A DNA stretch of 64,000 bases from positions 26,762 through 90,761 of the IMG/VR virus record IMGVR_UViG_3300030037_000006; one strand, written 5' to 3'. The stretch is from a virus. The notes beneath the pieces are model-generated. The model was given only the letters and a program-made list of their open reading frames with translations, did not search any database and was not told where the DNA came from. A program made the position numbers and the translations under genes. Positions 1 through 8,687 of the stretch are shown here, one piece after another. Each line of letters begins with the position of its first letter. Position 1 is the first letter of the stretch.

Positions 1-1385
1 CCTAAACTTGCAGCAGTAGCATCATTATCAACACCAACAGAAGTATAAGAAAATTCTGTACCATTAATAGTAACAGTTACAACATCCGATGCGATCGCAT
101 CTACTGTAACAGTATTAACTTGAGCCACAGCATCAACTTCATTTGCTTGAGATCCAGCAGGAAGGTTGGTAGTTTCATCTGAACCAGTACCAGTAAACAC
201 ACCGTCTTTAACAACGAATGATTCGTTTTCACCGATAGTATCAATTTGGTAAGGAGCTAAATCACCAGCATTAGTAATTACGTGATACATTGCAATTGTA
301 TTTGAGTTAGAGTTAACAATCAAAGGAAGATATTCTAATTGACCAGTAGCAGAGTTTCTTTCATCAGAACATAAAGAACCGAAGTAAGCTTCTTGAATAC
401 TGATGTTAATTTTACCGTTGTTATTAGGATCTACTGTAGCTTCACAAAGAATCAATGCTGTGTAGTTTTTATACTCAGTATTAATTGAATCACCTGTAGA
501 GTTGAACTCGATAGTTTCGAATTGCTGAGCAATATCGCGTGATACAGAGTCATTACCAACTGTAGCAGAAAGAGCTTTAGTAAAGTTATGAGATGCATCG
601 GCAATAGTTTGAATGTTGCCATCAACAGATACCCACTTTGCGGTAGGCGGAAGAACTAATCCATCAACAACGTTAAGGAATTCTCCATCAGTAGATGATA
701 CTGAACGCTGAGCTACGAGAGCATCTAGCATATCAACCATTACGATGAATTTGCCGCCACGTTCTTTGGGACCAGTAAGTGAACCTTTAGATTTATCTAC
801 GAGAATGAAATTTGTTCCGGAAGGAATGTCTTCATCTTCAGTTGTAGAAGGGAGACCATTGAGATCAGAGAGAATTGCTTCTCCTCTAATAGCGAGGTTA
901 TCAACTTTAGCCAATGACATATTAGATACTTCACCGAAAGTTCCTACATAATAATCAGTAATTGGTTTTTCTGGTTGAGCAGCGATAGAGTTAAGTGTTT
1001 CTGATTTGCCACCGAATCCTTCAGGATCATTAGCAATCAATTCAACATTAGTTTCAGTGTTTGCTGGTGACGTGAATGAAAGAGGGATGTAAGAAAAGTG
1101 TTGATCTTTAACATTCTGATATGGAAGTTTGGCTGCCCATACTTTACCTTTGTTGTCAATTACTTCTTTACAAGCATAATGGAAATAACGTTCAGCTTCG
1201 TTTGAAGGAATGCCGTAATTATTTAAAAGATCTTGGTTATCAGCTATTAGCAAAGGTTTGTATGGAACACCATTCGTGGTATATCCCTGAACAAGTGTGT
1301 TAGTACCAGTAATAGAAGGTGCGCGCTGAGTGTTATCGATCTCAGTAAATTCTACTCCGGGACTCTGGATAGTGCGTATAGGCAT
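1..1385 (-). CDS. gp18: Tail sheath protein (T4 gp18-like), 5' part; runs off window start
   Basis: Not in ORF track (open-ended). Minus-strand translation from ATG 1385: MPIRTIQSPGVEFTEIDNTQRAPSITGTNTLVQGYTTNGVPYKP..., the SPGV-x-x-x-EID start typical of contractile sheath proteins. RBS AAGGA and late promoter upstream. Confidence 0.85.
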   Translation of the reverse strand, partial: MPIRTIQSPGVEFTEIDNTQRAPSITGTNTLVQGYTTNGVPYKPLLIADNQDLLNNYGIPSNEAERYFHYACKEVIDNKGKVWAAKLPYQNVKDQHFSYIPLSFTSPANTETNVELIANDPEGFGGKSETLNSIAAQPEKPITDYYVGTFGEVSNMSLAKVDNLAIRGEAILSDLNGLPSTTEDEDIPSGTNFILVDKSKGSLTGPKERGGKFIVMVDMLDALVAQRSVSSTDGEFLNVVDGLVLPPTAKWVSVDGNIQTIADASHNFTKALSATVGNDSVSRDIAQQFETIEFNSTGDSINTEYKNYTALILCEATVDPNNNGKINISIQEAYFGSLCSDERNSATGQLEYLPLIVNSNSNTIAMYHVITNAGDLAPYQIDTIGENESFVVKDGVFTGTGSDETTNLPAGSQANEVDAVAQVNTVTVDAIASDVVTVTINGTEFSYTSVGVDNDATAASL

Positions 1386-1422
1386 TATATATTTTCCTTG
1401 GTTTGATTAATTTTATTTTATA

Positions 1423-1430
1423 TATTTATC
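1423..1430 (-). promoter_or_regulatory. Late promoter GATAAATA (sheath)
   Basis: Same octamer precedes about 20 mostly structural genes; variant of T4 gp55 TATAAATA. Confidence 0.75.
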
Positions 1431-1494
1431 AAAAAAACAGAAGAACTGCTCAAGTTTAATAAATAGTACATATAACAAACTACAGGAAAATAAA

Positions 1495-2268
1495 ATGCCT
1501 ATTAGCACAATTAATGATTTAGTTATTAAAGACAGAGAGTCTCTTTGTAATTGGATTGAAAGACAGTTTGGTGCCCCTTTGATTCGTGTTGAGCTTACAC
1601 AAGAAATGCTCGAAGATGCGATCGATGAAGCCACCCAAGAATATACGAAGTATGTAACACCAGAAGAAAACTTCATGGTACTTGACAGCACTATGAAAGT
1701 AGAAGATATTCCTAATAACTTTGACGGATATAAACTTCCTGATAATATTGTTGGTGTGAATGGGGTTACTTCACAGAGAGCACTCAGAAACTTCGCAATG
1801 CAATTAGATCCAGGAATGAGTAGATCCACAGCGTTCGGTTTAAGTGGTGGTATAAGTTCTACTGGCACTCCCGGTTTTTTAACTAGCTTTCATATGACAA
1901 TGTCTCATATTGATTTACTTGAAAGAATGGCCGGTGGAGATTTTCAATTCAGATACAACAATGCTAACCAAGAATTACAGATTTACCCTGAACTCAAACC
2001 TCATGAAAAAGTTATAGTTCTAGGACAGGAATATCGTGAAGAACAATTCGTTTACGGTGAAAAATGGGTTAAAGAATATTCTAAAGCTTGTGCCGGTATT
2101 ATGTTAGGTATGGTACGTGGTAAGCATGAATCAGTAACACTATTAGGTGGATCATCTATTTCGGCTACTGCATCTAATTTCATTGATAAATTTGAAGCAC
2201 GTAAAAGAGAATTAGAAGAAGAAATTCTTAAAAGAGAATATCAAGTTCTTCAGTTCTACACTATGTAA
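1495..2268 (+). CDS. gp13: Neck protein (gp13-like)
   Basis: LCNWIERQFGAPLIRVELTQEMLEDAIDEA and WVKEYSKA...GKHESVTLLGG match the gp13 pattern. Confidence 0.85.
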   Translation: MPISTINDLVIKDRESLCNWIERQFGAPLIRVELTQEMLEDAIDEATQEYTKYVTPEENFMVLDSTMKVEDIPNNFDGYKLPDNIVGVNGVTSQRALRNFAMQLDPGMSRSTAFGLSGGISSTGTPGFLTSFHMTMSHIDLLERMAGGDFQFRYNNANQELQIYPELKPHEKVIVLGQEYREEQFVYGEKWVKEYSKACAGIMLGMVRGKHESVTLLGGSSISATASNFIDKFEARKRELEEEILKREYQVLQFYTM

Positions 2269-2282
2269 GATATAAACAACAG

Positions 2283-2314
2283 AATAGACTGGAAATTAAT
2301 CCAGTCTATTTTTG
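2283..2314. terminator. Intrinsic terminator between convergent genes
   Basis: aatagactgga-aattaa-tccagtctatt followed by T run. Confidence 0.75.
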
Positions 2315-2315
2315 T

Positions 2316-2924
2316 CTAAAGAGCTATTAACGCGCTTTTTACTAGGCCAGAACCGATAGTAACAACAAGGTCTTTTCCGTATTCAATTACTTTATCTCTG
2401 AGTTCTTCAGCAGCATTATCTATATGCTTTACTAATATGTTAATAATAGAAGCTATTGAATGTTTAATACTGAATTTAACTCGAGTAATAAAAGCTTCGA
2501 AGTCTCCAATAGTATCACCAATCTTAAGCATGTTTGTAGTATTAATAGAAAGTTTATCAACATCAATGATACCAGAAAAAACTGTGTATGCACTACTAGA
2601 AAGCATAGTAACGGACTTAGTAATTAAATACATAGAGTCTTTAATCATATCCATTTCGGATTTAGATAAAGGATTTCCTGCGCCCTCTGTGTACTTCATA
2701 ATATCATCAAGTAACTGATCTCTTTTCTGAGTAGTGAATGAAGTTATCATGTCTGCAGAATCAGTTAAAAATTTAGATCTAACATTACCGTCAGTCAAAT
2801 CAATTATAACTTCACCTAGCTTAAGTTTCTTTTTGAAAGCTTTAATTGCATTATCTTTAAGTTCATCAATTTGAGATTCAACCTTTTCACTGATTAAATC
2901 ATTTAGTGAGTCTAGGATACTCAT
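2316..2924 (-). CDS. Hypothetical helical protein with hydrophobic C-terminus
   Basis: 202 aa ORF, start overlaps upstream lipoprotein stop (TAATG). Confidence 0.65.
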   Translation of the reverse strand: MSILDSLNDLISEKVESQIDELKDNAIKAFKKKLKLGEVIIDLTDGNVRSKFLTDSADMITSFTTQKRDQLLDDIMKYTEGAGNPLSKSEMDMIKDSMYLITKSVTMLSSSAYTVFSGIIDVDKLSINTTNMLKIGDTIGDFEAFITRVKFSIKHSIASIINILVKHIDNAAEELRDKVIEYGKDLVVTIGSGLVKSALIAL

Positions 2925-3172
2925 TATTCAAACGCTGCTTTAAAAGAATCCAAGTTATTCTGTCTAGCTTTAATTTCTAGCTTACGATAAATAGGATCGA
3001 TTTTTCCATCAGGACCTTTGCCCATGTTTGGATCATTCTTTACATAGTTCATATACTCTTCACCTACAGTATCAGCAAAAGAAGTAGCTGCAATTTTGTG
3101 ATGGGTACAACATCCAGATGCTAACGCAAGTATTGCAATTAGTACTATCAATGTGGGTTTAATTTTCTTCAT
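2924..3172 (-). CDS. Small lipoprotein
   Basis: MKKIK + hydrophobic stretch + lipobox LASG-C; RBS AAGGA. Confidence 0.75.
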   Translation of the reverse strand: MKKIKPTLIVLIAILALASGCCTHHKIAATSFADTVGEEYMNYVKNDPNMGKGPDGKIDPIYRKLEIKARQNNLDSFKAAFE

Positions 3173-3212
3173 AATATGTTCCTTGTTTATCTTTTATAAA
3201 ACAACTTTATTG

Positions 3213-3842
3213 CTATTTAATTGTTTTCTTTGTAACGGTTGCTTTCTTTACTTTGACTTTATTATGATCTTTTGGAGTTTTAACTTTATCAGCTTTCTTA
3301 TATCCAGTTTTTCCTTGTTTATCAGCCATACGAAGTTTATAAAACTCAGTGAAACTTTGCATCTTAACCTTAACACCTTCACCATGATCTTCGGCAACTT
3401 CTTGATCTATCTCTAAAGTACCAAGCTTTTTGGCTTGAGCATTAACTAATTTCATAATGGCTTTCATTTCCATTACTTCATCTTTAATAGCTGCTTTAAC
3501 AATAGTAAGAGTTTCGCTTTCATAAAGATCTACAACGATTCCAAGATCAGCAAGATCTCTAACCTTAACTAATATAGTAGGCTTATCAGTACGAGCATAA
3601 GTAAAGTCTTCGCCGATAGCTTCCCAGTTATGGATTGAGTTATGAGTGTATACTGAGCAAGTTGGATATTTTTGGTTAAGATAACCTGAAACCCAGTTAA
3701 CAGAGTCAGTTGAATCAACTTCACATAAAAGTACGATTGGTAGAATGTGGTCATCTAAAGAATCTGTTCCAGCTTGTATTGCACTGTCGATTGAATCTAC
3801 TGTAGGACGCTTAATTAGTTGTCCGTATTTAGAAATTGGCAT
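3213..3842 (-). CDS. Hypothetical late protein with basic C-terminal tail
   Basis: 209 aa, RBS AAGGA, GATAAATA at 3876-3883 (-). Confidence 0.7.
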   Translation of the reverse strand: MPISKYGQLIKRPTVDSIDSAIQAGTDSLDDHILPIVLLCEVDSTDSVNWVSGYLNQKYPTCSVYTHNSIHNWEAIGEDFTYARTDKPTILVKVRDLADLGIVVDLYESETLTIVKAAIKDEVMEMKAIMKLVNAQAKKLGTLEIDQEVAEDHGEGVKVKMQSFTEFYKLRMADKQGKTGYKKADKVKTPKDHNKVKVKKATVTKKTIK

Positions 3843-3894
3843 ATATTTCCTTGTTATAATAATTGTATTTTGTATTATTTATCTAAAAAGAGTA

Positions 3895-4075
3895 TAAGAT
3901 AGTAATATTATCTAGAATATTATCTAGATAGTACTAGAATAGTACTGTCGGTTCTCTCTATTCTATTACTGGGAGTGGGAGGGTGAGGGTAGTCATTAGA
4001 TAAGAAACACATTATTTTTAAATATGCATAAGTTTTTTACGTTGTTCATAAACCATTGGAATACAACAACATAAA
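3895..4075. repeat. Non-coding repeat/palindrome cluster with G-tract (origin candidate)
   Basis: aatattatctag x2, atagtact x2, GGGAGTGGGAGGGTGAGGG at 3971-3989, in the largest intergenic gap. Confidence 0.5.
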
Positions 4076-4285
4076 AGTTAAACCTTTTTTCATCTTGGGT
4101 GTATGAATTCACAGTATTTTTTAAATGTCTCATACATATATACTTATCAGCTAAGCTAAATGCTTTTAATAGAAAGAAACAAACTAAACGTAATATGTGA
4201 ACTAAAAAATGGCACCATAAGATGCCATTATAAATGTTAGCTATATTGAATTATAGCTTGTTTGTAAGATGACGTCTAGCGCTAT

Positions 4286-4792
4286 CTACATAGATTCTGG
4301 TGAAACTACTATACAATCTGGACACCAGTTATCTTCATTCATTTCCATGCAGGTTTTACGGTTACCTCCTGTCACAGATGATGTTGCAAAGGCTATTAAT
4401 TGATCCTTAACGTCTCCATCTGGAAATGCTGCAAAAATTACGCTATGGAATGGAATGGCCCATTCTTCACGATCAGGATGTTTAATAGCATTTACTGTTA
4501 AGAAGTCATAAGAATTTAATAAATCTTCCACCTCAGTTGCACCTTCTCTATCATATCCAACTGACCAACTGGTTGGATATGCAATGTTAGGCTCTCCTTC
4601 CATTGGGAATTCGTTATATACTTCATATATCAAATCTATAACATCCTGCTCTACTGTACCTTGTACTGATACAGGCTGACCACTAGCCATATGTACATTT
4701 ACTTCAACTGCTCCTATATGATATACTTCTAATATAGGATTACAATTTACGTAATAGACTTTATTTTCTGAATCTTGTATTTCTATTTTCAT
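4286..4792 (-). CDS. Hypothetical protein
   Basis: 168 aa ORF with RBS AAGGA, downstream of LRR gene. Confidence 0.7.
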   Translation of the reverse strand: MKIEIQDSENKVYYVNCNPILEVYHIGAVEVNVHMASGQPVSVQGTVEQDVIDLIYEVYNEFPMEGEPNIAYPTSWSVGYDREGATEVEDLLNSYDFLTVNAIKHPDREEWAIPFHSVIFAAFPDGDVKDQLIAFATSSVTGGNRKTCMEMNEDNWCPDCIVVSPESM

Positions 4793-4817
4793 ATTTATTT
4801 CCTTTTAAATTTTAATT

Positions 4818-6779
4818 TTATACTGGTACTGTACCGGTTATAGACCAACCTTTTGATATCAAATTATTATAAGCTGTTAAACTAGTTGCACTAGGACTTC
4901 CTGCGTTATTAGCATAATCTAACGTACCGTTAGATAAACCGTTACTATCCAACTGTATTATAATATTATCAATTTCTGTTGGTGTTAGTAAATTAAGATT
5001 GACTTTTAATATCAATAGATTAGCATTCTGTGTAATATCTAGAGCTGTTAAGTCATTATTACTTGTATCCAAATATGCTAATGCTGTGTTTTGGGTCATA
5101 TTCAGAGTTGAAATGCTATTATCATAGCATCTTAAATCTTCTAACAGTATGTTAGTAGTCATATCAAGAGCTGTGATAGCATTTTGGTTACAATATAATA
5201 TTCTTAATGTAACATTATTAGTAGTTACTGCGGCAGTTAAATTATTATTTTGACACCAAACTTGGTCCATTATAACATTAGTGGACAAGTCAAGAGACGT
5301 AAGCAAATTATCTTGACATCTTAGATGCCTCAGTAGTACGTTTGCACTAGTATCTATTGTGGTCAATAAGTTAGATGAAACAAAAATTGTTGATAGCTTT
5401 ATATTGTTGGTAATATCAATAACTGTTAACATGTTATTGTAAATTAGAAAACTTACCATGTTAACATTATTGGAAACATCGATAGTTGTTAGGTTATTTT
5501 CATGGATGTTAAGGCCAAGTATTAAAGGATTCTGCGTTAAATCAATAGTTGTTAGATCATTGTCATTTAAAAAGAAATAATTTATAAGCGGACATTGTGT
5601 TGGATCAATTGTGGCAATTGCACAGTTGCTGGCATTGACCAATGCCAGCAACGGGTTCTGTGTTATATCAAGACTTGTAAAAGCGTTTGCCACGCATGTT
5701 AATCCTTCTAACAATACATTCTGAGTAATATCTAGACTAGGGAGGTTTGTAGATGAACAGTTTAATATTTCTAGTACTACATTCTGAGTAAGATCTATAA
5801 CTGAAATGCTGGTAGATGAAAAGTTTAACACTTCTAGTACTACGTTCTGAGTAACATCAAGAACTGTTATATTATTATTGTTGCATCTAAGTTCTTGTAA
5901 AACAGTGTGTGGAGTTACATCAATCGCAGTAAGACCTGTATTATTACTACAGTCAAACGCTTCTAGTAACAAGTTCTGACTAATATTAATAGCAGCAATG
6001 CTATTATTCTGACATCTAAATTCAGTTAACAATGTATTTAGAGTTACGTTAATAGCTGATAAACTGTTATCATGACATAGGAAGTGTTCCAGTAATGTAA
6101 GGTCAGTAACGTCAATAACTGATAATAAGTTATTCTGACAGTTAAAAGTATCCAATAACACGTTATTGGTAACATCAAGAACTGAAATAAGATTATCATT
6201 ACATCGAAAATCTGTTAATAGTGTATTGGTAGAAACATCAAGGGTTAATAATTCATTAGAGCCTACCCAGAATTCATCTAGCTGAGTATATGGAGTAACA
6301 TCAATTGCTGCTAGATCATTAAAATCGATTTTTAGTATTAGCATAGCTAATGGATTGCTAGGTAAAACAATGGATGTTATATCATTACTTGAAACATATA
6401 CTTCTTGAAGAACAAATTGATTAGATAAATCAAGTGCTGTTATAAGGTTAAAGTCTAAATGTAATTCGATAAGGTTAATCATCGCGGATACATCAATCTG
6501 AGTAATAAAATCATTTTCAATATTCATGATAGAAATTTTACCAGGATTGATATCATATATATCTATGTCATGGAAGGACTCAGCATCAGTGTATGAATGT
6601 GTCGGATTATTAATTCCAACTGAGTCAGCTTCACCATCATTCCAATTCCATGAAGCTAGAGAACTGTCTGAAAACGTAAGGGTTGGTGAAATAGATGTTT
6701 GACTAGATGTTCTGAAAATAGCTAGCAATAATTTATTTACTGCGCTATTTAGTACACCTCGTCTTAATAAAAAGCTCAT
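4818..6779 (-). CDS. Leucine-rich repeat protein (about 25 x 21-aa internalin-like repeats), probably virion-associated
   Basis: Repeats of the form LDVTxNxxLxxLxCxxNxLTx; likely start MSFLLRRGV at 6779. Confidence 0.85.
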   Translation of the reverse strand: MSFLLRRGVLNSAVNKLLLAIFRTSSQTSISPTLTFSDSSLASWNWNDGEADSVGINNPTHSYTDAESFHDIDIYDINPGKISIMNIENDFITQIDVSAMINLIELHLDFNLITALDLSNQFVLQEVYVSSNDITSIVLPSNPLAMLILKIDFNDLAAIDVTPYTQLDEFWVGSNELLTLDVSTNTLLTDFRCNDNLISVLDVTNNVLLDTFNCQNNLLSVIDVTDLTLLEHFLCHDNSLSAINVTLNTLLTEFRCQNNSIAAINISQNLLLEAFDCSNNTGLTAIDVTPHTVLQELRCNNNNITVLDVTQNVVLEVLNFSSTSISVIDLTQNVVLEILNCSSTNLPSLDITQNVLLEGLTCVANAFTSLDITQNPLLALVNASNCAIATIDPTQCPLINYFFLNDNDLTTIDLTQNPLILGLNIHENNLTTIDVSNNVNMVSFLIYNNMLTVIDITNNIKLSTIFVSSNLLTTIDTSANVLLRHLRCQDNLLTSLDLSTNVIMDQVWCQNNNLTAAVTTNNVTLRILYCNQNAITALDMTTNILLEDLRCYDNSISTLNMTQNTALAYLDTSNNDLTALDITQNANLLILKVNLNLLTPTEIDNIIIQLDSNGLSNGTLDYANNAGSPSATSLTAYNNLISKGWSITGTVPV

Positions 6780-6804
6780 TAAGTATCTCTTTTTTAAATT
6801 GTTA

Positions 6805-7368
6805 TTATGTAATATCGCCAGAAGCAATCCAAGTATTAATGGATCTTTGTGTAAGCGTACAACCCTGAAACTGAGAATTTATTACAACACTACCATCCAA
6901 AACTCCGTTTATTGTAACACCGGTTGCTGCTTGGATAATTGTAACTCCTCCGCCTTCACGCATAATATTAATTTTTGCAGCGACTTCGAAATCTACACTG
7001 GAATTAAGAGGAATTGTTACTGTATTAATAGCTATGTTGTCCATCCATATTGTAGTATTTTCTTGATCAGTTAATACTAATTCGTATGCTGTACCTGTTT
7101 GATCATTGTCGAATCCTGCAACAATGACATCAAAGTGATCAGTTATGTCAATAGCACCGCCACCACTCCCGGTTACATCTGTCCAATCCATATTACCGGC
7201 ACCATTTTTCTGGTAGAGTTTTGGTACATCGTTACGTATAGCAAGAGACCCTTCTGGAAGATCTAATCCTGAAACAATAGGATCTGACGAGATTACAGTT
7301 ATACCGACTGTGCCGGCTAGCTTAAATCCAAAGCTATTGAAGAAATGCGCATAATCTGTATTAGCCAT
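6805..7368 (-). CDS. Putative tail-fibre/virion structural protein
   Basis: Late promoter at 7403-7410; C-terminal TVTIPLN...GVTING...CTLTQRSINTWIASGDIT domain common in phage fibre-like proteins. Confidence 0.55.
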   Translation of the reverse strand: MANTDYAHFFNSFGFKLAGTVGITVISSDPIVSGLDLPEGSLAIRNDVPKLYQKNGAGNMDWTDVTGSGGGAIDITDHFDVIVAGFDNDQTGTAYELVLTDQENTTIWMDNIAINTVTIPLNSSVDFEVAAKINIMREGGGVTIIQAATGVTINGVLDGSVVINSQFQGCTLTQRSINTWIASGDIT

Positions 7369-7481
7369 TTTTAATTATCCTTTCAATTTGAAATATTTAT
7401 TATATTTATCATTATTTTAGATATAGAGGTTTAAATTTAGTAAAGCTGTGGTATATTAGTAAAAACTATTAAGGAGATTAC

Positions 7482-7907
7482 ATGAACATTGGAATTATCG
7501 GTACTCGTAAAAGAGACAGCCAAGAAGATTATGATCATACATTATCAGCATTCAACTCTATTATTAAGCAATACATTCATGTAGGACAAATAAAAGGAGT
7601 AGAAGATATTAAAATTGTTTCAGGTGGATGTCCTAAAGGAGGAGATCGATTTGCTGAATTAATTCACACTGAACTTGATCTTAAACCTGAACAATTAATA
7701 ATTCATCTCCCTGAAAAGCCCCCAATTGGATCACCTAAATACATGTATGTTAGATCTATGCATGATCGTAATGATCTCATTGCTAGAGATTCTGATGTTT
7801 TGCTAGCAGTTACTGATCATGGATCGAAAAAAGGTGGAACTCTTTATACTATTAAGAAGTTTAAAGATGTTACACCAATGGGTACACTTAAATGCTATCA
7901 GATTTAA
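7482..7907 (+). CDS. SLOG superfamily protein (YspA/DprA-like)
   Basis: IGIIGTR, IVSGGCPKGGD, RNDLIARDSDVLLA, GGTLYTI motifs. Confidence 0.8.
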   Translation: MNIGIIGTRKRDSQEDYDHTLSAFNSIIKQYIHVGQIKGVEDIKIVSGGCPKGGDRFAELIHTELDLKPEQLIIHLPEKPPIGSPKYMYVRSMHDRNDLIARDSDVLLAVTDHGSKKGGTLYTIKKFKDVTPMGTLKCYQI

Positions 7908-8602
7908 TTAGCAGATATTTTAAATAGTGTTAAAGCATGAGTAGAGTTTGGATTTAGAGAAGCTATAAGTCTCTCTGTCTCATAAATACTAGCACCTGTA
8001 CTTATCACATCATCAAGAATAAGAACGTTTTTATCTTCGATTATTGCTAAGAGTTTATCTGAATCTTCTTCTGAAAATTCTAAGAATCCTCTGAATAACA
8101 AAGCGAATTGTTTAAAGACGTTCTTCATTTTGATCTCATTAAAGCCTTTCTTACGTAATGACTTTATAGATTCGTCACCACCTTTTTGTACACTAGCTTT
8201 ATGCTCATCTTTTATAACATCTAAGTTCATGTGTATGCTATCTAAGTTAGATTTTTTAATATCATTGAAAATAATAACATCGTCTGGTACGATAGACATC
8301 AAATCTTTTAAAACTCTAGAATCACTTCCAGGTACTGCTAGTACATCGATATCATTTTCTTTAATGTAATCAAGCAAATACTCTTTACTTGTCTCTAACA
8401 TATCTAAATATTCATCCTCAGTTATATTAGGGTCTGATTTCTTTATTTCTTTGATGTAAGCGATGCCTTCCTTTCCCATAGAGAAAACTGACTTAATTGC
8501 TAGACCTGAACCTGAATTCTTATCAGATTTCTTGTACATTCCGTTCTTTTTCTTTTTAAATCTAGTACTTTCTGCTAAATATAAAGCTAAAAATTTACTC
8601 AT
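7904..8602 (-). CDS. Type I phosphoribosyltransferase-domain protein
   Basis: PRPP-binding loop VLILDDVISTGAS; also VLAVPGSDS. Confidence 0.8.
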   Translation of the reverse strand: MSKFLALYLAESTRFKKKKNGMYKKSDKNSGSGLAIKSVFSMGKEGIAYIKEIKKSDPNITEDEYLDMLETSKEYLLDYIKENDIDVLAVPGSDSRVLKDLMSIVPDDVIIFNDIKKSNLDSIHMNLDVIKDEHKASVQKGGDESIKSLRKKGFNEIKMKNVFKQFALLFRGFLEFSEEDSDKLLAIIEDKNVLILDDVISTGASIYETERLIASLNPNSTHALTLFKISAN

Positions 8603-8633
8603 ATTGTTCTACTGTTGAAATTGCTGTATGATG

Positions 8634-8658
8634 TATTTATCTTTACTATTGATAAATA
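8634..8658. promoter_or_regulatory. Back-to-back divergent late promoters (GATAAATA at 8634-8641 minus and 8651-8658 plus)
   Basis: Octamer on both strands between PRTase and terminase. Confidence 0.7.
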
Positions 8659-8687
8659 TGATTATAACAAAAACAGAGAGATTAAAT

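Noticed and set aside
745-1868. Track ORFs 745..951, 1121..1303, 1413..1868 and similar short antisense or nested ORFs throughout
   Set aside because: They are shadows of well-supported genes on the other strand or frame (here sheath and gp13).
3843-4285. tRNA or other known ncRNA in intergenic gaps
   Set aside because: No cloverleaf or T-loop (GTTCRA) context recognised by eye; an Rfam/tRNAscan run would be needed to exclude it fully.
4818-6779. DGR target or template in the LRR or fibre genes
   Set aside because: No reverse transcriptase and no adenine-specific TR/VR pair seen in the window.
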